Part shown: piece after piece, positions 55,460 to 64,000 of the stretch
How the letters are laid out: each line of letters begins with the position of its first letter
Numbering within the stretch: position 1 is the stretch's first letter
Source of the DNA: Candidatus Wirthbacteria bacterium
Lineage (GTDB): Bacteria > Patescibacteriota > CG2-30-54-11
Assembly (NCBI GenBank): GCA_903889905.1
Contig: CAISZI010000010.1
Location: forward strand, 1,464-65,463
DNA: 64,000 nucleotides
Direction of reading: 5' to 3'
Notes under the pieces: model-generated
Told to the model about the DNA's origin: nothing
Databases searched by the model: none
What the model saw: the letters and a program-made list of their open reading frames with translations, nothing else
Made by a program: the position numbers and the translations under genes

Positions 55460-57406
55460 ATGAAGCTTTCCCTTCGGTTTAAAACAGTCCAACCCATTGG
55501 GACCATCAGCCTGCTTTTGTTGCTGGTGATTGGAGTGTTGACTCTGGCAGCGTTGCAAGCCAGTGCGGCAGCTCCCGTGGGCAACCAGCGTCTGATCAAT
55601 TATCAGGGTCGGCTGCGAGATAAAGCAACCGGGGAGCTTGTCAGTGGCTCCAGGTTTATGATCTTTTCCGTCTACAAAAATGGATCCGGGACCGCCATCG
55701 AAAAATATCCTGCCATTGGTGCCATCGCCGTTACGGTCAACAACGGCGTGTTTGGCGTGGCCATTCCGATCAGTAATTTGAACGAGCCAGCAAGTGTAAT
55801 ATCGGATACCAATTTTGACTGGTCAGCGACCTGGGGTATCGGGGTGGCGGTCTGCACCACGGTAGCGGCTACGTCGTGTGATACGTTTCCAACGCAATCG
55901 TTGGCGTCGGTGCCAACGTCACTGAATGCCGACATGCTGGATGGGCACCACTGGAGTGAAGTGGCGGCGCTCGCGGGCGGGAATTTTATCCAAAATCAAA
56001 ATGCAGCAGAGCAGACCGCGAATTTCTGGATCAGCGGGGATGGCCATGCCGGCAGTTTGACCGTAGATGGGACCGGCGCTAACTGGATTTTGAGCAATAC
56101 GGCCTGGGGAGGGAGTGGTCCGGGGTTGGTGTTTGGCGGCGGTGATGGCACTTTTGGCATCGGGGCCGCTACCGGACGCATGAATCTGCTGATTGATGGT
56201 GCTTTTAGGCAGAATGAGGTGGCGAGCACACCCAACTGGTTTTATGACAGCGTTGGTGTTGGGACGACCAATCCTCTGGCCAAGCTCGATGTGGTGGGGA
56301 CGCTGGCGCTTGGGACCGGGGCGACGGTTGCCCCCACCATGGGGACTAACGCCATCACCATTCGTGGCAGTACCAGCAATTACAATTTGAATGTGCAAGA
56401 CGGCGCGGGGCGGGTCAATTATCTCTGGAATGCCTCGGCTGGCAATGGCACCTACCTGGTTGCCAATGAACCGGCGACGCGTTTTGTCGAAGGGGTGAAC
56501 GCGGTCGGGGCAACGTTTGATTTTTATGGCGCGGCAGCGGGAACGGCGGGAGCTGCAATTGCCTGGACACAGATGGGACATATCAGCAGCAACGATCAGA
56601 TTTGGTTCAGCCCGCGTGGTACCAGTTCGGATTTGTTTGTTGCCAATACCGGCAATGTCGGCATCGGAACGACGGCACCGACAACCAAACTTGAAGTGCA
56701 TGCGGTTAACACACAGGCGATCAGTATCCTCAGTGACGGCGCCACTAACTGGGCCAGTCTGGCCCTGGGGCGGACTGGAGTGGAAGCCGAAATGGGCGTT
56801 GCCGGGGGTGCGGGTTATTTTAGTAATGGGGCGGTGGCCACGGATCTGGTGATCCGAAACAATACGACCACGGGCCGGATTATTTTTACGACCAATGCGG
56901 GAGCTGTGACGCCGCGTGCCCGGATCGAAACCAATGGCGATTTTCATATTGCCGGTACGTATTTCTGCAATGGCGCCGACCTGGCCGAAGGCACACCCGC
57001 CGTGGAAAAACTGCTGGCCGGCGACGTGGTTTCACTGGATGAGGTGCAGGAAGGCAAATTGCGTCGCAGCCAAAGTGCTTATGAAACCAATGTGGCTGGC
57101 GTTGTTTCCACGGACCCGGGGATGAAGCTGGGCGAAAATGCTGTGCAAGGGAATGTTGATTCCACCAGTCAAATTCAAATCGACGGCGTTTACCTGGCTT
57201 TGGCTGGACGTGTGCCAGTCAAGGCCACCACCGCAAACGGGCCGATCAAAGTTGGGGATTTGCTGGTGACCTCGGGCAAAGCGGGTTATGCCATGCGTGG
57301 CGATCGGCTCAAAATTGCGCTGACCCCTGGCGTGGTGCTGGGCAAGGCCATGCAGAGCTTGAAGTCTGGTGAGGGCACAGTATTAATGCTGGTGAATTTA
57401 CGTTAA
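55460..57406 (+). CDS. Secreted fibre-like protein (648 aa), modular paralogue of the giant protein (shared N-terminal ~200 aa and C-terminal ~130 aa, different middle)
   Basis: NYQGRLRDKATGEL..., DMLDGHHWSEV..., NVGIGTTAP, C-terminal LRRSQSAYETNVAGVV...GDLLVTSGKAGYAMRGDRLKIALTPGVVLGKAM...GEGTVLMLVNL aligned to the giant's C-terminus. Confidence 0.6.
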   Translation: MKLSLRFKTVQPIGTISLLLLLVIGVLTLAALQASAAAPVGNQRLINYQGRLRDKATGELVSGSRFMIFSVYKNGSGTAIEKYPAIGAIAVTVNNGVFGVAIPISNLNEPASVISDTNFDWSATWGIGVAVCTTVAATSCDTFPTQSLASVPTSLNADMLDGHHWSEVAALAGGNFIQNQNAAEQTANFWISGDGHAGSLTVDGTGANWILSNTAWGGSGPGLVFGGGDGTFGIGAATGRMNLLIDGAFRQNEVASTPNWFYDSVGVGTTNPLAKLDVVGTLALGTGATVAPTMGTNAITIRGSTSNYNLNVQDGAGRVNYLWNASAGNGTYLVANEPATRFVEGVNAVGATFDFYGAAAGTAGAAIAWTQMGHISSNDQIWFSPRGTSSDLFVANTGNVGIGTTAPTTKLEVHAVNTQAISILSDGATNWASLALGRTGVEAEMGVAGGAGYFSNGAVATDLVIRNNTTTGRIIFTTNAGAVTPRARIETNGDFHIAGTYFCNGADLAEGTPAVEKLLAGDVVSLDEVQEGKLRRSQSAYETNVAGVVSTDPGMKLGENAVQGNVDSTSQIQIDGVYLALAGRVPVKATTANGPIKVGDLLVTSGKAGYAMRGDRLKIALTPGVVLGKAMQSLKSGEGTVLMLVNLR

Positions 57407-59214
57407 TGGTCAAATCTATGCTTAACAAAAAAATTGGTCAAATGGGTGGCGTGTTGATGGTGGCGATGTTGATCGCGGCACCCGTGCTGGCAGCCACTTC
57501 AACCCCTGGCAATAAATATGTGCTGGACGACTCCAGCACCAGCGTCGATGGCGGGGGCAGTCAGATCCTGGCGCCAGATCCGTTCACCGGTCTGCAACAA
57601 GGTGGTTACGGACAGGCAGCATTGGGGCAGACCCGCTCGGATGCAGCAACCAGCGCCGCTAACAAATACGAACTTGATAGCGGTTATCTGTATTTTGATG
57701 ATCAGGCGCCGATTTTTCCAACCGCCATCACCTCCACCCCGACCTTCATGTATTGGGTGCAGAATGCCAGTTCCACGGCGGGTGTGTTTTATATGAACGT
57801 CAAAGAAGATGTTTTGCCACTTGCCGCGACGGAAACCGCTTATCAGCTTCGTTCCGGGCTGGATTTGACCAAAATTTATTACCGTATTTCTCCTGGACTT
57901 TCGGGCCTGTCTGGTGCAGAAGGTTGTACGGGTGATGGTCGCGACAATACCTGGGGTTATTCGACGGGGACAGCGTGGAACAGTCTTCCCAGCAGCTGTC
58001 AAACCAATCCATTGGCCTGGCAACCGGTTGCACCTGGGCCTACACCCAACAATTACACCAGAGGGTCTTTGGCTTTATGTAATGCGTCGGGTCTAAACAG
58101 TTGTATCACCGAGACGGATAGTACCAAAGGCGATCTCATCAGCTATGCCGGGGATGCCAATGCACCATCGAACAGCCCCAATGCCGAAACGATTCGAATC
58201 AATGCCGACTTTAGTCGTTTTTCCCGTTTGGGCGCGGTGCCGGCCGGGACCATCGATGCCACGCTGAACAAAATGACCGGCAATTCCGTGGTGCAGTTCA
58301 AAGCCGTGGACAAAGCTGGCAATGTGACTTTCAGTACGGTGGTCAAAACCACGCCCTGGCTCAAAACCGAACAAGGGGATGTCAATTCTGACAATGGCGT
58401 GATTATGTTTGGTGCCACCAATGGCAACCACAATGTGGCTTACGTGCTTGCTGCCGGCGGCCCGATTTCCAACTTTGACAGCAACAGCAACTGGGTGCTG
58501 CAAAACATGAGCAGCGACCTCAGTTACCCCAATCCCAGTTCGCTCGTACCCAATCCAGCGTTTATCGCGGCCGTGCCGTGGCGGGATGTGGATTATGCAA
58601 CACTGATAGCCAAAGCGCAGACGACCAACCTGGGTGGTTTTTTAAACAACTTTGAAACGTCGGCCGGTTCGCCCCAGACTTTTGTCGCCGACGGGGTTTA
58701 TTACGCGCCGACAGGGTTGACCATCAATGCCTCACCGTCGGGTTACTACACCGGGGTGCAAAATCAGCAAAGCGCGACGATTGTAGTGGATGGGGATCTC
58801 AACGTACTGGGTAACTTTGTGTTGCAAAACGGCGGCTATCTTGCCTTTCTGGTGCGCGGCAACATTACCATCGCCGGTACGGTGAACAAGATGAACGGCA
58901 CCTACCTTGCGGATTACAAAAGCGGGTATTTTGGTACCAGTGACCAGATCCAAAAAAATGCTGCCATGGCCAATACCGGCGTCATCAATACCGGGGATGA
59001 TTCTGGCAGCCCGACGCAACTGGTTGTGTTGGGTCAGTTGATTGCCCGCGCCGGATTTGTCTTTAATCGTGTCTTTATTTATGATCCTGTTTCTGGCACC
59101 AATGGGCCGGCCGAACGGATTGTGTTTGATCCGCAGATTGTGCTGAATACGCCGCCAGGGCTCAAGGATGTGCCAGGGCTGGGTGCCTGGACCGAAGTCC
59201 GTCCCGGCCAATAA
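57406..59214 (+). CDS. Secreted protein (602 aa), unknown function, translationally coupled (TAATG) to the preceding gene
   Basis: Signal peptide MVKSMLNKKIGQMGGVLMVAMLIAAPVLAAT; no recognised domain. Confidence 0.5.
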   Translation: MVKSMLNKKIGQMGGVLMVAMLIAAPVLAATSTPGNKYVLDDSSTSVDGGGSQILAPDPFTGLQQGGYGQAALGQTRSDAATSAANKYELDSGYLYFDDQAPIFPTAITSTPTFMYWVQNASSTAGVFYMNVKEDVLPLAATETAYQLRSGLDLTKIYYRISPGLSGLSGAEGCTGDGRDNTWGYSTGTAWNSLPSSCQTNPLAWQPVAPGPTPNNYTRGSLALCNASGLNSCITETDSTKGDLISYAGDANAPSNSPNAETIRINADFSRFSRLGAVPAGTIDATLNKMTGNSVVQFKAVDKAGNVTFSTVVKTTPWLKTEQGDVNSDNGVIMFGATNGNHNVAYVLAAGGPISNFDSNSNWVLQNMSSDLSYPNPSSLVPNPAFIAAVPWRDVDYATLIAKAQTTNLGGFLNNFETSAGSPQTFVADGVYYAPTGLTINASPSGYYTGVQNQQSATIVVDGDLNVLGNFVLQNGGYLAFLVRGNITIAGTVNKMNGTYLADYKSGYFGTSDQIQKNAAMANTGVINTGDDSGSPTQLVVLGQLIARAGFVFNRVFIYDPVSGTNGPAERIVFDPQIVLNTPPGLKDVPGLGAWTEVRPGQ

Positions 59215-59238
59215 TTATTTTGATCTTGAGGAGAACGC

Positions 59239-59916
59239 ATGGCTGTACCCAAATCCGTTGAGAGGAGTCCTGTGCCAAAACCAAAGTTTCACCACCGCGT
59301 CAGATACTGTGTCGTGGCGATGTTATTCCCCTGTCTTGTTTTTGTCTGTGGTTTTTTGGCCGGACATTTTTCGACTTCGACCGTGAAGGGATCGCCACTT
59401 GGGCTGATCGACTCTGCGGTTTACTCCTCGGCCAACGCCGTGCTGCAGGGAAGCGTCAAGTCGATTGCGGGAAACACATTGGTGCTGACACGTGCCAATC
59501 AGGAATTGCAGTTAACTTTGTCGGCTGAAGAAACCAAAAAGATTGTCTTAAATGCCCGCGTTATGGCCAGCGCCACGGATCAGAAAACCTGGACCGATTA
59601 TCAGCAGGCTGTGACCGACTACAACCTGGCCATGAACACATACCTGGCCCAACAGAAACCAACTGACGCCTTTGCCAAAACGGTTGGCGTTGCCCCAACA
59701 CCGCCGGTTGTGCCTGCCTTTACGATCGAGACGATCAGCGACGCCAGCCAGAATGCCATCAGTCCCAAGATCAAAGTAATCAAGGCCAGCACGCGCGTGG
59801 TGGGCCTGAGTGAGGTGAGAGCTGGGGACAGCTTACAAATTTCCCTGTCCAAAAGTGCGACCGGAACGGGACTGGGTATCGACCAGATGATCGTGACCAG
59901 GGATACGACGGAATAG
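59239..59916 (+). CDS. Membrane-anchored protein (225 aa), unknown function
   Basis: One N-terminal TM helix (YCVVAMLFPCLVFVCGFLAGHF); follows the secreted-protein genes. Confidence 0.45.
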   Translation: MAVPKSVERSPVPKPKFHHRVRYCVVAMLFPCLVFVCGFLAGHFSTSTVKGSPLGLIDSAVYSSANAVLQGSVKSIAGNTLVLTRANQELQLTLSAEETKKIVLNARVMASATDQKTWTDYQQAVTDYNLAMNTYLAQQKPTDAFAKTVGVAPTPPVVPAFTIETISDASQNAISPKIKVIKASTRVVGLSEVRAGDSLQISLSKSATGTGLGIDQMIVTRDTTE

Positions 59917-59979
59917 CGCTACTTTGCGTCCACGCGGGATTTCGCCTATCATAGTGACACTATTTCTAAGCGAGGCCGC

Positions 59980-61014
59980 ATGGACGTGATTGCATTGGAA
60001 GCGTGGTTCAAAAGTCACAAGCTTCCTCCGTTTCGACTCAAACAGGTTAATGACTGGGTGTACAGGGCTGGCGTGACGGATTTTGCGCTGATGAGTAATT
60101 TGCCGCAGGAACACCGTGACCAGCTTGCCAAAGAATTTTCAATTCTCAGTTTTGTGCCAGGCAAAAACCAGGACAGCAAAGACAACCAGACGACCAAAAT
60201 TGCCCTCAAGCTCCGCGATGGTGCGCTGATTGAAATGGTGCTGATGCGTCATCTCACGGGCCGCAAGTCCGTTTGCATCTCATCACAGACGGGCTGTTCG
60301 ATCGGTTGTGCGTTTTGCGCCACTGGTCAGAAGATCGGTAATGGCCGCAATCTCACAGCCGAAGAAATGGTGGATCAGGTGGTGTGGGCGAGACACCTAT
60401 TGATGCTGGAAAATCCCGGGAGTATCGAACCTTACCCCAACAATGTGGTGATGATGGGCATGGGCGAGCCGTTTGTCAATTACGACAACGTCATGCAGGC
60501 GATCAAGACGATTCAGGATCGCATGCAAATCGGCGGGCGGCGACTGACGGTTTCGACGTCTGGCGTGGCGCCGCGGATTGTGGATTTCGCCAAAGCTGAC
60601 ATGCAGGTCAACCTGGCCGTTTCTTTGCACGCAGCCACTGACAAAATGCGCGACCTGCTGGTGCCGCTCAATCAGCACTATCCGCTCGCAGCCCTCAAAC
60701 TGGCGGTGCTGGAGTATATGCGACTCGTGAAACGTAAAGTTTTCTTCGAATATGTCATGCTGGATGGCATCAACGATACCGAGGAAGCTCTGGCTGATTT
60801 GATCAAATGGTTGCCACATACCCTGTCGCATGTCAATTTGATTCCCTACAACGAAGTCTCGGGTACGCCTTTCCGTCCCTCGCGCGAGGCACAATTGCAG
60901 TATTTTCATGACGCCTTGGAAAAAGCTGGAGTGCCAGTCACTGTTCGCCATACCATGGGCGACGATGTGCAGGCCGCCTGCGGACAGCTTGCGGCGGGTG
61001 CGCGGCGACGCTAA
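59980..61014 (+). CDS. rlmN: 23S rRNA (adenine2503-C2)-methyltransferase RlmN (radical SAM)
   Basis: CISSQTGCSIGCAFCATG (CxxxCxxC radical-SAM cluster), MGMGEP, typical RlmN N- and C-termini. Confidence 0.85.
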   Translation: MDVIALEAWFKSHKLPPFRLKQVNDWVYRAGVTDFALMSNLPQEHRDQLAKEFSILSFVPGKNQDSKDNQTTKIALKLRDGALIEMVLMRHLTGRKSVCISSQTGCSIGCAFCATGQKIGNGRNLTAEEMVDQVVWARHLLMLENPGSIEPYPNNVVMMGMGEPFVNYDNVMQAIKTIQDRMQIGGRRLTVSTSGVAPRIVDFAKADMQVNLAVSLHAATDKMRDLLVPLNQHYPLAALKLAVLEYMRLVKRKVFFEYVMLDGINDTEEALADLIKWLPHTLSHVNLIPYNEVSGTPFRPSREAQLQYFHDALEKAGVPVTVRHTMGDDVQAACGQLAAGARRR

Positions 61015-61029
61015 TTACCCCCTACATAT

Positions 61030-61110
61030 TCATCCCCCCGCTAAGGCAGGGGGATGAATAGGATTTTCCCTCCCCTGTGTTTCACGGGGGAGGGCTGGGT
61101 GGGGGTAAAT
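61030..61110. repeat. Two GC-rich hairpins (ATTCATCCCCC-cgctaaggca-GGGGGATGAAT and CCCTCCCC-tgtgtttcac-GGGGAGGG) between rlmN and the nucleotidyltransferase gene; the first may terminate rlmN
   Basis: Perfect 10-bp and 8-bp stems read directly; the first is followed by a TTTT run. Confidence 0.5.
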
Positions 61111-61136
61111 CCCAGAATTATATCTGAGGTTTCTTC

Positions 61137-61934
61137 ATGTCCGAACCAAAGTTGTTTACTTCGTATTCCGATCTTGACGTATTCCTGCGGCTTTTTGTTG
61201 ATCGGGTCCGGGTGCTTCTGGGCGAATGCCTTGTGGGCATTTACCTGCATGGGTCGCTCGCGTTGGGGGATTTTGAGGCGCAAACAAGTGATATTGATTT
61301 TGTCGTGGTGACGAAGGAAGAGCTTTCGGCAGCGGATTATTTAAAAATGCAAAGCATGCATGCCGCGCTTTTGCGGTATCCCTCTCCTTGGGCCACGAAG
61401 CTAGAAGGTGCGTATATTCCCAAAGACGCTTTCCGTCGGCATGACTCCAAACATGCCACTCATCCCTGGCTCGGGTCAGATGGGCATTTTGCAGTAGAAC
61501 ACCTCTCTAGCGACTGGGTTTTGCAACGGCATGTCCTGCGAACCAAAGGGATTGTTTTGGTTGGACCACCTTTGTCTGATTTGATTGATGTGGTGACAAT
61601 GAATGACATTAAACAGGCTTGTCGGGATTTGATGCGATCATGGTGGACGCCACCGTTTGCTTCGCCGGAGCGGTTTGAGGCTGCAGCTTATCAACGGTAT
61701 ACGGTGCTGACCATGTGTCGGATGCTGGTGACCCAGGCCACAGGGGAAGTCGTCTCCAAACCGGTCGCCGCCAGGTGGTGTCTGGAGCACGCGGACAAAC
61801 AATGGCAAGCACTGATTGGTTGGGCGGTTGCCAAAGAGTTTGATGCGAGCAAGGACCGAAAAAAAGAGGCATTGGATTTTATCCGGTTTGTGGCAGCACG
61901 CATGAATTTGGACAAAATAATTGCGGTGTCGTGA
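61137..61934 (+). CDS. AadA-like nucleotidyltransferase (ANT(3'')/ANT(9) aminoglycoside adenylyltransferase family; NTase domain + DUF4111-like C-terminal domain)
   Basis: LVGIYLHGSLALGDFEAQTSDIDFVVV aligns to the AadA segment LLAVHLYGSAVDGGLKPHSDIDLLVTV. The C-terminal QRYTVLTMCRMLVTQATGEVVSKPVAARW aligns to the AadA segment NVVLTLSRIWYSAVTGKIAPKDVAADW. Confidence 0.6.
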   Translation: MSEPKLFTSYSDLDVFLRLFVDRVRVLLGECLVGIYLHGSLALGDFEAQTSDIDFVVVTKEELSAADYLKMQSMHAALLRYPSPWATKLEGAYIPKDAFRRHDSKHATHPWLGSDGHFAVEHLSSDWVLQRHVLRTKGIVLVGPPLSDLIDVVTMNDIKQACRDLMRSWWTPPFASPERFEAAAYQRYTVLTMCRMLVTQATGEVVSKPVAARWCLEHADKQWQALIGWAVAKEFDASKDRKKEALDFIRFVAARMNLDKIIAVS

Positions 61935-61967
61935 GATTGCGATAGAATAGGGATGGTTCGTATTTTT

Positions 61968-64000
<2,033 letters not shown>

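Overview
This 64 kb window is dense chromosomal DNA at roughly 90% coding. By inference (low confidence) it comes from an uncultivated bacterium with a Gram-positive-type wall, possibly CPR/Patescibacteria- or Chloroflexi-like. Most of the sequence is GC-rich, with three AT-rich patches at about 11.6-14.7 kb, 16.8-18.4 kb and 22.6-26.2 kb. I found no CRISPR array and no convincing tRNA or rRNA. The main contents, from start to end, are:

- Window start: a TrbC/VirB2-like pilin and a large secreted/membrane protein that runs off the window (T4SS-like).
- Housekeeping genes: murE, femAB-like, tsaD, hsp20, an NDP-sugar pyrophosphorylase, glpX, an aminotransferase and an IMPase.
- An AT-rich insert carrying a SAM methyltransferase and two unknown proteins.
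- Three tandem paralogous GAF sensor histidine kinases with no response regulator; a small all-alpha protein with class I terpene-synthase motifs is inserted between the first and second.
- An AT-rich block: a tail-fibre-like secreted protein, an M23/LytM-like peptidase and a lipoprotein.
- A minus-strand archaeal-type/alternative mevalonate pathway operon (mvk, a divergent GHMP protein, an MVD/PMD-family decarboxylase, isopentenyl phosphate kinase, class I HMG-CoA reductase) with a 1328-aa protein of unknown function embedded in it.
- An envelope block (Wzx-like flippase, two GT4 glycosyltransferases), then rlmB, rpsP, a KH protein and trmD.
- An 11 kb surface-protein locus: a PilX-like protein, a 1831-aa tail-fibre-like giant with an internal Peptidase_S74 intramolecular-chaperone domain, a paralogue sharing its N- and C-terminal modules, and two more secreted/membrane proteins.
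- rlmN, an AadA-like nucleotidyltransferase, and the 5' part of ligA.

Several families of conserved intergenic elements are also present: GC-rich hairpins, a pair of palindromic operators in front of murE, and two 5'-leader repeat families. The candidates I would look at first are the surface-fibre locus, the giant protein inside the mevalonate operon, and the terpene-synthase-like gene among the histidine kinases.
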